DNA from: Endomicrobiia bacterium
Lineage (GTDB): Bacteria > Elusimicrobiota > Endomicrobiia > DTEH01
Direction of reading: 5' to 3'
NCBI GenBank assembly: GCA_039630545.1
Contig: JBCNUU010000013.1
Span: 1 to 31,617, forward strand
DNA length: 31,617 nt
The position numbers were made by a program, and so were the translations under genes. Under the pieces are notes generated by a model. That model was not told the origin of the DNA, made no database searches, and saw only the letters and a list, made by a program, of their open reading frames with translations. This document shows, one piece after another, positions 1 through 9,365 of this stretch (positions are counted from its first letter, which is position 1; each line of letters starts with the position of its first letter).

Positions 1-326
1 CTCATAGATTCAGGCATAGTCAAAATACATTTGTAACCTTTAACCGCAGCAACTAATGCTAAACCAATCCCCGTATTCCCACTTGTAGGTTCAACTATTA
101 CACCACCAGGCTTTAATAAACCTTTTTTTTCTGCATCTTCAATCATAGACAAAGCAATTCTATCTTTTACAGATCCACCTGGAGAAAACATTTCTAACTT
201 TGCATAAACACATGCTGAATCTTTTTCAACAATTTTATTTAACTTTACAATTGGAGTATTAAAAAAAAGTTCTAAAACACTATTTGCTATTTCCGAACCT
301 ACTTTTTTTGCTTTTTCATTTTTCAT
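1..326 (-). CDS. cysK: Cysteine synthase (O-acetylserine sulfhydrylase), 5' part; runs off the window edge
   Basis: Manual translation from ATG at 326: [31 protein letters not shown]...[26 protein letters not shown]...[32 protein letters not shown]. Contains the PLP-lysine motif SVKDR and [16 protein letters not shown] lies upstream. Confidence 0.95.
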   Translation of the reverse strand, partial: MKNEKAKKVGSEIANSVLELFFNTPIVKLNKIVEKDSACVYAKLEMFSPGGSVKDRIALSMIEDAEKKGLLKPGGVIVEPTSGNTGIGLALVAAVKGYKCILTMPESM

Positions 327-357
327 AATTTACTCTAAACCTCCTTATTAAAATTAT

Positions 358-495
358 TTACCTCTTAATTATAACGTCATTTAATTCAACAGTAACAACT
401 TCCGACCTTATATTTTTTAATTTCAAAAACTCTGAAAGTAAAATTTCATTTTCAATTTCTTCTTCTTTGCCATTTACTTTAATTTTTATACTCAT
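358..495 (-). pseudogene. thiS: ThiS-family sulfur carrier protein, C-terminally truncated (45 aa, no Gly-Gly end)
   Basis: Manual translation: MSIKIKVNGKEEEIENEILLSEFLKLKNIRSEVVTVELNDVIIKR*. The IxVNG and VxVELN..II patterns are typical of ThiS. It stops ~20 aa early. A GGGGTG SD-like sequence lies upstream. Confidence 0.75.
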
Positions 496-518
496 ATAAA
501 ACACCCCAAAAATCTATA

Positions 519-545
519 TAAATTCTATCGACTTTATATAGTTTA
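519..545. promoter_or_regulatory. Imperfect palindrome overlapping the -10/+1; candidate Rrf2 (CymR-like) operator
   Basis: The - strand reads TAAACTATAT-AAAGTCG-ATAGAATTTA, with 8/10 dyad symmetry, upstream of a cysteine synthesis gene. Confidence 0.4.
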
Positions 546-568
546 CGATTTAAAAATTAATTTGTCAA
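540..568 (-). promoter_or_regulatory. Sigma70-type promoter for thiS-cysK
   Basis: TTGACA (568-563), 17-nt spacer, TAAACT (545-540). Confidence 0.7.
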
Positions 569-629
569 GAGTTACAAAAAATTATTTTTAAATATTGAAA
601 AGAATAAAAATTATTTTTTCAATAAGTTA

Positions 630-1547
630 CTAAGATTTCATAATTTGGTACATATTAATGATAGATTTTATAGCTTTTTTTCTAATACTTTCTTCTACTA
701 CAATTTGGGGAGCCAATGTTTCTAAACTAATAAGTATCTTTTCTAATGTATTCTTTTTCATATTTGGACATAGAACTCTTTCAGAAACAGCAATAAATTC
801 TTTGTCTGGATACAACTTTTTTAACCTATAACACATACCGATTTCAGTACCTACTATAAAACTTTTTATGTTTTCATTTTCTCTGACATATCTAATCATT
901 CCAGAGGTACCTACAACTTCATCTGCTATTTCTTGAACATCTATGCTACACTCCGGATGAACCATAACCTTCGCATCCGGATATTTCTCTTTAAGTTTCA
1001 ATATCTCCAACTTTGATATCTTTAAATGTGTAGGGCAGTAACCATTCCAAAGTATTATATCTTTTTTTGTTCTATTTTTTACGAAACTACCTAAATACTT
1101 ATCTGGCAGAAAAATTATTCTATTAGAATCTATCCTAGATACAATTTCTACAGCATTTGCGGAAGTACAACAATAGTCAATTTCTGCTTTTACTTCTGCA
1201 GTAGTATTAATATAACCAACAATTGGTATTTGAGGGTATTTTTCTTTAAGTTTTTTTACATCGTCAGCTGTTATCATATTTGCTAAAGGACAACCAGATT
1301 CAGGTTCTGGAAGTAAAATTATTTTGTTCGGTGATAAAATATAAGCAGTTTCTGCCATAAAATGGACACCACAAAATACTATAACTTTGTTTGGTAGTTC
1401 TTTAGCTTTAGTAGATAAATCCAAAGAATCTCCCAAATAATCAGCTATGTCTTGAATTTCAGGAAGTTGATAGTTATGTGCAAGTATAACTGCATCTTTT
1501 TCTTCTTTTAATTTTTTTATGTCTTTAATAATTCTATCTTCATTCAT
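630..1547 (-). CDS. nadA: Quinolinate synthase
   Basis: Motifs LAHNYQ, FCGVHFMAE, GCPLA, YINT, CPTH, HPEC, CPNM (three Fe-S cysteines). Confidence 0.97.
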   Translation of the reverse strand: MNEDRIIKDIKKLKEEKDAVILAHNYQLPEIQDIADYLGDSLDLSTKAKELPNKVIVFCGVHFMAETAYILSPNKIILLPEPESGCPLANMITADDVKKLKEKYPQIPIVGYINTTAEVKAEIDYCCTSANAVEIVSRIDSNRIIFLPDKYLGSFVKNRTKKDIILWNGYCPTHLKISKLEILKLKEKYPDAKVMVHPECSIDVQEIADEVVGTSGMIRYVRENENIKSFIVGTEIGMCYRLKKLYPDKEFIAVSERVLCPNMKKNTLEKILISLETLAPQIVVEESIRKKAIKSIINMYQIMKS

Positions 1548-1582
1548 TGCAAAAAAACAAAAATCAAATACTATTGATCAAA

Positions 1583-2452
1583 TTAATATTCTACACCTGT
1601 AGTAATTGTAACTTCTTTAAACTCCTTTATTATCTGTCTGGTAATCTCACCGGGTTTTCCGTTGCTTATTATTCTGCCGTCTACTTTAACAACAGGGATT
1701 ACTTCAGCTGCGGTTCCTGTAAGAAAACATTCGTCTGCTGTATACACATGGTATATTGTAAATGGTTCTTCTTTTACTAATAGTTTCAATTTCGTTCTCG
1801 CTATTTCTATAACTGTATCTCTAGTTATTCCAGGTAGAACCCCTATATAAATTGGAGGTGTAATTAATATATTATCCTTTACTATAAAAATATTGTCTCC
1901 AGTGCATTCTGCAACATATCCATCTTGGTTTAACATTATTGCTTCCTCACAACCAGCTTTTATTGCTTCTATTTTGGCAAAGATATTATTTAGATAATTC
2001 AGAGATTTAATAGCAGGATTAATTGCGGAAGATAAATTTCTTCTTGTAGAAACAGTTATTACTTCAAGACCGTTTTCATAAAACTCTTTTGGATATAAAA
2101 CAATTTTATCTGCAATAATTACCAATGAAGGCTTTTTACATTTTCTTGGATCTAAACCTAAATCTCCTATACCTCTTGAGATTACAACTCTTATATAAGC
2201 ATCTGAAAGATTATTAACCTTTAATGTCTCTATTATTGCTTTCTCTATTTCTTGTTTAGTATAAGGAATATCCAGCATTATAGCTTTAGCTGAGTTAAAG
2301 AGTCTATCAATATGTTCTTTTAGTTTAAAAACTCGTCTGTTGTAGCTTCTTATTCCTTCAAAAACTCCATCACCATATAAAAACCCATGATCAAAAACAG
2401 AAATTTTTGCTTCTTCTTTTTCATAAAATACACCGTCTATATATACTTTCAT
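1583..2452 (-). CDS. ilvE: Branched-chain amino acid aminotransferase (class IV PLP)
   Basis: Motifs HGFLYGDGVFEG, AIKSLNY, ECTGDNIF, LPGITR, ADECFLTGTAAEV. Confidence 0.95.
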   Translation of the reverse strand: MKVYIDGVFYEKEEAKISVFDHGFLYGDGVFEGIRSYNRRVFKLKEHIDRLFNSAKAIMLDIPYTKQEIEKAIIETLKVNNLSDAYIRVVISRGIGDLGLDPRKCKKPSLVIIADKIVLYPKEFYENGLEVITVSTRRNLSSAINPAIKSLNYLNNIFAKIEAIKAGCEEAIMLNQDGYVAECTGDNIFIVKDNILITPPIYIGVLPGITRDTVIEIARTKLKLLVKEEPFTIYHVYTADECFLTGTAAEVIPVVKVDGRIISNGKPGEITRQIIKEFKEVTITTGVEY

Positions 2453-4410
2453 CCTTTATTATCCTCCTTAAGATATTTTAAAACATTAGGAAATAAAGAA
2501 AAGTCTGTGTGAGGTATAAAAATTGTAGAAGTGTATTCATTCATATATATCGGTAAACTTGAAAGATCTATATACGTCATTTTTTTTGCTACTTCAAACA
2601 TCCTTTTTCTTGCTTTTCTTGAAACTAAAAATAATTTAGATCCTAAAAGCGAAGTATTACCTGCAATTAAAAATTTAGTTTCATCTATATCAGGAAGTAG
2701 TCCCAAAATTTGTGCTTTTTTTATGTTTAGAAAACTACCAAATCCTCCTGACAAAAAAAATCTTTTTATATCATTGAATTTTAAATTAGTATATTTAAGT
2801 AAAGTATGCAAACCATGAAAAATAGCTCCTTTTGATCTTAAAATATTATGAATATCTGACTGAGTAATTACTATGTCTCTGTTAATACTTGTAAACTCCT
2901 TACTTTCAATTATAAACTCATATTCTCCAAAATCATTTATTCTTATTCTTTTTTTTAAATTATGATTTTCCACATTTTCAAGAAACTTCCCGGATCTATC
3001 TATTACACCTGCTTTAAATAATTCTGCAGGAATATCTATAAGTCCTGATCCACATATTCCTGTGGGTTTTGTATTGTTTATAGTTTTATATTCTACATTT
3101 CCATTTACAATTTTTATATCTTCTATAGCACCATCTATAGCTCTTACACCACAACTTATTCCTACGCCTTCAAAAGCAGGACCACATGAACACGCAGCTG
3201 AAACTAGAAATTCTTTGTTGCCAACCACAATTTCTCCATTAGTTCCTAAATCTATTAAAACACACAAATCTTCTGAAATATCTATTCCACAAGCTACAAC
3301 CCCTGCTACAATATCACCCCCTACATAGGAAGCGACTGATGGGACAGAATATACTTTAGCTTGAGGATTAATAAGTAGATTTATTTCTTTAGCCTCAATC
3401 GGAGGCAGAACAGTACTTACAGGTATATAAGGTTCTTTTCTAATATTTTCGGCTTCAATATTAAAAAAAAAGTGAATCATAGTAGTATTTCCAGAAACAA
3501 CTGCCACATATATGTCTCTTTGAAGAATTTTTGTGTTTTCTATAATATCATTTATAAGATCATTTAATGTTGATATAACTTTTTCGTGAAGTTCTTTAAG
3601 TCCTCCTTTTTTTTCAGAATAAATAATCCTTGTGATAACATCTTCACCATAAACTAACTGTTTATTAAAAGTAGTTTTGGTTATTATGTTTTCAAAATTT
3701 TTTATATCAACAAGAGACATAGCGATAGTGGTAGTGCCTATATCAATAACTAATCCATAATATGTTTGCTGATTATTTAGTATGTCAGTTATCTCCAAAA
3801 CGACCTCATCATCCAGAAATTTTTCAGCTAGTAAGACCTGTCCTTTCCAATTATTTTTTCTTAAAAACGATGGTAATTTGTACAAAACATGTATATTATC
3901 TATTACTACTTTAGACTCTCCTTTTTGGTTTTTTATCGAAGTTATTAATCTATCAGCATCTGATAAAGCATTTTCAATGCTGGGCATGGTTAACTTAAAG
4001 TCCAAAATTTCTACTAAAGGAGTTTTATCCAACAAAATTTTCTCCATAATTTTTTTAAAATTTTCTTCTTCTATTTCAGAATATATAGTTATATCTTTAA
4101 CAGCCTTATACTGTGAATCTTTTATTTGTGATTCCTCAGGTATCTCTATTATTAAACTTTCCAGTGGAAAAGTTTTACATGCAAGAACGAATTTTTCTTT
4201 CTGTTCTTCTTTACTGATAAAATAAGAAAAATCTGTCATGTAGTTGCCTTCAATAATTTTTATTTTACATTTTCCACAGATACCCTTTCCGCCACAGTTT
4301 GCATATATATTAACTCCAGCGTTAATTAAAAGCTCAAGTAAGTTGTATTTTTTTTCTCCTATAAATTCTAAATTTCTATTGAGTACTTTTATCTTTATGT
4401 CTTCTGTCAT
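2449..4410 (-). CDS. acsV: Corrinoid reductive activator (RACo/AcsV, ASKHA ATPase with N-terminal 2Fe-2S ferredoxin domain; DUF4445)
   Basis: CGGKGICGKC...LAC 2Fe-2S motif; DIGTTT, GEDVITRI, GNTTM, YVGGDI, DLGTNGE, GPAFEG, GICGSG, SKGAI; adjacent to acsC. Confidence 0.9.
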   Translation of the reverse strand: MTEDIKIKVLNRNLEFIGEKKYNLLELLINAGVNIYANCGGKGICGKCKIKIIEGNYMTDFSYFISKEEQKEKFVLACKTFPLESLIIEIPEESQIKDSQYKAVKDITIYSEIEEENFKKIMEKILLDKTPLVEILDFKLTMPSIENALSDADRLITSIKNQKGESKVVIDNIHVLYKLPSFLRKNNWKGQVLLAEKFLDDEVVLEITDILNNQQTYYGLVIDIGTTTIAMSLVDIKNFENIITKTTFNKQLVYGEDVITRIIYSEKKGGLKELHEKVISTLNDLINDIIENTKILQRDIYVAVVSGNTTMIHFFFNIEAENIRKEPYIPVSTVLPPIEAKEINLLINPQAKVYSVPSVASYVGGDIVAGVVACGIDISEDLCVLIDLGTNGEIVVGNKEFLVSAACSCGPAFEGVGISCGVRAIDGAIEDIKIVNGNVEYKTINNTKPTGICGSGLIDIPAELFKAGVIDRSGKFLENVENHNLKKRIRINDFGEYEFIIESKEFTSINRDIVITQSDIHNILRSKGAIFHGLHTLLKYTNLKFNDIKRFFLSGGFGSFLNIKKAQILGLLPDIDETKFLIAGNTSLLGSKLFLVSRKARKRMFEVAKKMTYIDLSSLPIYMNEYTSTIFIPHTDFSLFPNVLKYLKEDNKG

Positions 4411-4414
4411 AAAA

Positions 4415-5743
4415 TTACTGATATAGAATTTTTAAAAACTTAGGTATCCCTGAAGCTTCTTGGGGGCCAACTATTATTTCCCAATCAGGTAACAACTCGT
4501 TAAGTTTTCCACTCATAACAGCTACATATCCAGGAATTATTAATCTTTTACTTTTTATCTTCTCAGAAATTCTCTCCTTATTTAAAGCCTCAACTACTTT
4601 TTCTGGAGTAAATTTTTCAGCAGCCCACGCTGTAAGAACAGAAAGACCCTCAGTATCCACCACTAAAAGCCATGACGGTATTTTAGAATTAATTATTTCA
4701 GGTTCAACAGAATAATATGTTAAAGAGAAATTTGTAGTAACCAATAGTGGAGAGTCTTCTTTCGGTTTACCACCTATTTGGTAAAGCTTTGGTTCTACAG
4801 TAGTTGGTTTTTGAGGGTCGGTATATATATTTAATCTCATGGTAATAAGAGGTAAATGAATTTCCTGTTTTAAAGTGGATAGCACCACTATGCTTGCATA
4901 TTTTAATATTCCCAGTGTCCCAAATAATAAATTATCCTTGTCTGATTCTTTTTCTATAATTAACATAACAGGATAACCTAAACTTCTAAAATTCTTTTTT
5001 AATGAGAGGCGTCGAATTTGAGTTAAATATTCTAAAGTTTTTATATGGTCTACTACAGGAATATTAATAATTAACTCTTTGTATGAATATTGTTTTACTG
5101 TTGTGTCTACAATTTCTATAATTTTGTCCAAGTTTTCTGCACTGATTATTAAAGGAATGTTATACTGTTTAGCCAGAGATACATATTTTTCTAAATTTTT
5201 TATATCTTCGCAAACTCCAATTAAATGAAATTTTTTGATTTTTAAAATTTCATCAATAACATCAACATTATTACAAATAAATCCTATTACTGTATCATCT
5301 TTTACTCTACTAAGGATAAATTTTATCTTTTCTATGTTATTTTGTTCCGATTTTATTAAAAGAAGTTCTGTTTTATGTTTTTGGCCTATTCTTTCAAATT
5401 CTAAATTATAAAAATTTTTTATTTTTTCATCAATTACATCATCTTCAAAAGTATCCTTTATCAGTACACCTAAAAGACAGGGGTTATAAAATGTTTTTTC
5501 ATGTCTGAATAACACTGTTTCTCCTCCAATTTTATACTTTTCAGCTATAAGAATAGTTCTTATAGGTGGTTCTGTTGCTTCTGCTAAAATCTGTTTGGCC
5601 TGTTCTGAAACATCTGGACATTTATCCAAAGAAACTTTCCTAGCCGCTAAAGCCATAGCAAATGCTAAACAAGTAGGAAACCCACATTTTTTGCAGTTTG
5701 TCTTAGGTAAAAGTTTATATATTTCAAGCCCTGTCAAAGGCAT
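4415..5743 (-). CDS. acsC: Corrinoid iron-sulfur protein large subunit (acetyl-CoA decarbonylase/synthase gamma)
   Basis: N-terminus LTGLEIYKLLPKTNCKKCGFPTCLAFA...CP; GGETVLFRHEK; NIYTDPQKP; TTNFSLTY; GLSVLTAWAA cap helix; IIPG; VGP.EAS. Confidence 0.95.
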   Translation of the reverse strand: MPLTGLEIYKLLPKTNCKKCGFPTCLAFAMALAARKVSLDKCPDVSEQAKQILAEATEPPIRTILIAEKYKIGGETVLFRHEKTFYNPCLLGVLIKDTFEDDVIDEKIKNFYNLEFERIGQKHKTELLLIKSEQNNIEKIKFILSRVKDDTVIGFICNNVDVIDEILKIKKFHLIGVCEDIKNLEKYVSLAKQYNIPLIISAENLDKIIEIVDTTVKQYSYKELIINIPVVDHIKTLEYLTQIRRLSLKKNFRSLGYPVMLIIEKESDKDNLLFGTLGILKYASIVVLSTLKQEIHLPLITMRLNIYTDPQKPTTVEPKLYQIGGKPKEDSPLLVTTNFSLTYYSVEPEIINSKIPSWLLVVDTEGLSVLTAWAAEKFTPEKVVEALNKERISEKIKSKRLIIPGYVAVMSGKLNELLPDWEIIVGPQEASGIPKFLKILYQ

Positions 5744-5749
5744 AACAGG

Positions 5750-6382
5750 TTAACCTCTGGATTTTTTAGGTTGAAGAAATATTTCAAGCTCTTTAATTGA
5801 AAAAGGTGAAATTTTAAATTCTGTAGTATATGAATTATATTCTGGATGTTCTATTTTCAGTTTGAAATTACCTCCTTCTTTAAAGAAACTACTAAATTTA
5901 TATTCAAATTCACCCTTAACATTTGTATAAAAAATATCTACTATAAGGTTAGTATCTTTATGTATTAAAGTTAATCTAGCATCTGAAACACCTGAGGATT
6001 TATTGAACAAAGAAACTACCTTTCCTTTAATTTGAGTAGAAAACGGAAAATTTATTTCGTTTTCTTTTTTTTCTAAAATTTTTGTTCTCTTTTCTTTTAT
6101 AAAATTTATACTAAAACCTAAAACTGTAAATGAAAAATTAAAAATAGAAAGGATAAATATCAAAGTAGTAATTACTTTTGTTTTGAATATTAAATTTTTT
6201 TTATACAATTTTTTATACAAGAAAATTTTTTGTTTTATTAAATTTTCTAAAATTATTACTATTACTCCTATGGCTATGGTAAAAATTAAAAATAAAAAGT
6301 TTTTATAAAAATAAGGAATTAAATAAGCATTAACTAAAACTAAAATTATTAAAAGAATTATTATTAGACTAAAAAATTTCAC
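5750..6382 (-). CDS. Membrane protein with ~3 N-terminal TM helices and a C-terminal carboxypeptidase-regulatory-like (prealbumin) domain
   Basis: Hydrophobic N-terminal segments; C-terminal IKGKVV...GVSDARLTL...TNVKGEF...YKLKIEHPEY-like pattern. Confidence 0.6.
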   Translation of the reverse strand: MKFFSLIIILLIILVLVNAYLIPYFYKNFLFLIFTIAIGVIVIILENLIKQKIFLYKKLYKKNLIFKTKVITTLIFILSIFNFSFTVLGFSINFIKEKRTKILEKKENEINFPFSTQIKGKVVSLFNKSSGVSDARLTLIHKDTNLIVDIFYTNVKGEFEYKFSSFFKEGGNFKLKIEHPEYNSYTTEFKISPFSIKELEIFLQPKKSRG

Positions 6383-6439
6383 TTTCTTAAGTTAAAAGAT
6401 ATACAAAATTCAATTATATAAAATCAACATAAATTTTAT

Positions 6440-8269
6440 CTAAAGCTTAAAATCAAACTGAAAACTAAAACTCCAATCAGATCTTTTTTCAAAATAATAA
6501 CTATTTGCAAACTTACTCCATAAAGAAAATTTGTCAAAATTATAACAAACAACTACTGAAACTATTTCTGATACTTCAGCAGGATAGGTCTTTAAAAAAT
6601 AAACATCTTTCCATATTTGTTCAAAATTACTAAATAACATCTTCCCATGCAGGGTTGGCAGATTATAGTATAAAGCAAATACAAAATTTTTTTTCTTATA
6701 TGAAAAATCTAAAGAAAAGATTTCTATAAAATTACTTTTGTTATATTGAAGCAAATTCTCATTATTTTGGATATACTTAAACTTAAAAGAAAAGTCTTCA
6801 AATAATTTATATTGTAACTGGAAAAAATTGTTAGCGTTTGAAAATTTTGTCTGAATATTTCCAGTTACATTAAAAATCTCGTATTTATATGAAGAGATAT
6901 ATTTTTCTTCTATCGTATTGTAGCTTCTAAACTCAAAAGAGATATTTCTGAATATATATTGAAGCTTCACATAAGCATTTTGAAACCAGCAAGGATGTCT
7001 GGGTAGTTCACAGCTAAAATATCCACTCCACATACTTTTTAAAATTTCACATATAGAAACCGATGCCTCCATATTTAGGTTTTTGAAATTAAAACTATTT
7101 CCTATAAGAAAACCCCACTGGTTATTAGGATATTTGTAAACTCTTAAAGGAACTCCACAAGGAGAGTAAAATGTTGGTTCTAAATATGTAGTTAGAAGAT
7201 AAAATTTATAATTTCTAAAAGGTAAAACAAAACCTGAGTTTATTGCATTTCCTTGCGAGAGTAAATTTTTATTATAAGAAAAATAGTTAAAACTTTTTCC
7301 CATCTCTAAAAAAAATAAGAGTTTATTTAACACCACTTCACCATAAAAACTTCCACAAAATAACCTATCACCTCTATATACATATTCCCATTTATCAGAA
7401 TATTTATTTTCTAAAAGATATCCGGAAGTTTCTGATTTATCTGGGTCAAAAATTTTATTATATAGCGCATAATAACCAGCTAAACCAATTTTTAGTTTTT
7501 CATTAGAAAATAAAACTCCACCGCCCAGAATTGTCTCTCCGGTGAAATTTAAGTAAGAATCCTTAAAAAATTGTTCACTGTATTCCACATAGCTGTTTCT
7601 CTCATACAAAAGGTCGGCGTTTGAAATAAAATAATCCGTAGCTTGTATTATTAAGTTTTTTTGAGAAAAAAATAAAAAATAATTTAGGTTTTTAATTTTA
7701 TCTTCAAAAACAACTCCATAAAAGTTTGCATTGTCAGAGCTGGTTAGGTCTTCTTCTATTTCAAATTTTTGGGGTTTTAAAAATGACACAAATTCAGAAA
7801 TATAAGCATATTTGCTAAATACCATACCATATCCAAAATTTATTCTATAATTACCCAAAATAACTCTATTTAGAGACAAAAAGTTTTCTTTTTTAATAAA
7901 CCATTTTCTTAAAAAATATTTAATTGTATCTTCTTTAATCACCTCTTCTTTTCTGTGCAGGAACATATATCCGAAAGATAAATTATTATAGAAAAGAGAT
8001 AATTTTTGGTAAAAATATAAACTCTCTAAGTCATTTAAGTCAGAATCGTCATCACACATAAATCTAAATCTGAAAAAACCTTTAACTTCATGAGAAACTT
8101 TTTCTTCATATAAGTCATGAAAGTAAAAATTCCAAGGTGTTGTTGGTTCTTTTAAGTTTTCTATTTCTACATTAGACCACAAAAGTGTCTGTGAAAAAAA
8201 CACTAAAAATTTTAGCAGTAAATATAAAATTTTATAATAAAATATAAATCTACTCTTCTTTGACTTCAT
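6440..8269 (-). CDS. Putative large outer-membrane beta-barrel, resembling the barrel part of Bacteroidota HhH/ComEA-associated proteins
   Basis: Signal-peptide-like N-terminus, aromatic-rich alternating strands, C-terminal FSFQFDFKL, and a LGNYRINFGYGMVF...SSDNANFYG motif. Confidence 0.55.
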   Translation of the reverse strand: MKSKKSRFIFYYKILYLLLKFLVFFSQTLLWSNVEIENLKEPTTPWNFYFHDLYEEKVSHEVKGFFRFRFMCDDDSDLNDLESLYFYQKLSLFYNNLSFGYMFLHRKEEVIKEDTIKYFLRKWFIKKENFLSLNRVILGNYRINFGYGMVFSKYAYISEFVSFLKPQKFEIEEDLTSSDNANFYGVVFEDKIKNLNYFLFFSQKNLIIQATDYFISNADLLYERNSYVEYSEQFFKDSYLNFTGETILGGGVLFSNEKLKIGLAGYYALYNKIFDPDKSETSGYLLENKYSDKWEYVYRGDRLFCGSFYGEVVLNKLLFFLEMGKSFNYFSYNKNLLSQGNAINSGFVLPFRNYKFYLLTTYLEPTFYSPCGVPLRVYKYPNNQWGFLIGNSFNFKNLNMEASVSICEILKSMWSGYFSCELPRHPCWFQNAYVKLQYIFRNISFEFRSYNTIEEKYISSYKYEIFNVTGNIQTKFSNANNFFQLQYKLFEDFSFKFKYIQNNENLLQYNKSNFIEIFSLDFSYKKKNFVFALYYNLPTLHGKMLFSNFEQIWKDVYFLKTYPAEVSEIVSVVVCYNFDKFSLWSKFANSYYFEKRSDWSFSFQFDFKL

Positions 8270-9365
8270 CTTTTTGTTCTACAAAAAGAAATTTTTCAAT
8301 TTCTCTTAGCTTTTCTTCGGTTATTCCTGGTATGTAAATCAACTCATATATTGAATTAAACTTTCCATATTTCTGTCTGTATTCTATTATTCTTTTAGCT
8401 ATTTTATTCCCTATACCAGGAACTTTTTTCAGTTCTTCTTCAGTTGCTGTGTTTAGATCTATAAGATGTTTTTTAAAATTTCTTTTTATTTTTATAAAAC
8501 TTGCTCCGAAAGAAAAAAGATGTTGATTTCCAAGATACGGAGTATAAACAAAAGAGTAATCAAATGTGAGATCTATACCTGAATAACAAACTAAAAAACC
8601 AACTCCACTGCTTAACTTTGGAAGTTTATGTGAATTAGCAGTCTCTACACCAAAACGAATAAACATATCATTTTGTTTATAAAAAGACAAACTTATTTCC
8701 TGTGCAATTTTAAAAAATAAAAAATCATTTTTAGGTTTAACTACATCCAAATATGAAGTCAATATCTTGAAAATTTTAAACTTATTGCTAAAAATTAATT
8801 GTTTATCTAAATCTTCATTAGAATTTAAAATAAACATGTTTTTAATAATAAACCCACTATTTAAATAAGACAATACTTCACAAAAAACACCTATATCAGT
8901 TGTAGAATAAAATTTATAACCATAATTTTTTGTATAAGTATTCAAAAATTTAGGATTTACTCCGAAAAATATTTTATCTTTAAAAGAAAACCACAATCCT
9001 GAATAGAAAAAATTTTCATTATATAATTCATGCATTAAATGGTTGTAAACAAAAGAAAATTTTACAAATGGAGTATTAACTTTAAAACATAAACTGTTAC
9101 TTTTTAATTCTGGAATTTCAAACAAGTTTGTTTTAGATAAATAAATATTAAAAAGATAAGAATCAAAAACAAAAGGATTAAAATAAGCAAACCCTGAAAC
9201 TTCAACAACAGAGGCACTGTTAGCCAGAATTCTTTTTTCTTCAAAAATACAATATGAAAAATTTAAGAAAATATAAAAAAATAAAAAAAATCGAAACTTA
9301 CTTTCTAAAAACAACAACCACATCTTTTGACACATATCTGTTAGCATTTTGAGGATTATATGCAT
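8250..9365 (-). CDS. PorV/PorQ-like beta-barrel fused to a C-terminal ComEA-type helix-hairpin-helix DNA-binding domain (true start probably ATG at 9323)
   Basis: C-terminal IDLNTATEEELKKVPGIGNKIAKRIIEYRQKYGKFNSIYELIYIPGITEEKLREI is a clear ComEA HhH. The N-terminal part has YFNP and DYSFVYTPYLGNQHLFSFG, which resemble PorV-family ends. Confidence 0.75.
   Translation of the reverse strand: MHIILKMLTDMCQKMWLLFLESKFRFFLFFYIFLNFSYCIFEEKRILANSASVVEVSGFAYFNPFVFDSYLFNIYLSKTNLFEIPELKSNSLCFKVNTPFVKFSFVYNHLMHELYNENFFYSGLWFSFKDKIFFGVNPKFLNTYTKNYGYKFYSTTDIGVFCEVLSYLNSGFIIKNMFILNSNEDLDKQLIFSNKFKIFKILTSYLDVVKPKNDFLFFKIAQEISLSFYKQNDMFIRFGVETANSHKLPKLSSGVGFLVCYSGIDLTFDYSFVYTPYLGNQHLFSFGASFIKIKRNFKKHLIDLNTATEEELKKVPGIGNKIAKRIIEYRQKYGKFNSIYELIYIPGITEEKLREIEKFLFVEQKDEVKEE

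Noticed and set aside
4415..5743. Possible mercury methylase HgcA
   Set aside because: Lacks the N(V/I)WCA(A/G)GK motif and the C-terminal TM domain; has the full AcsC architecture with an N-terminal Fe-S domain.
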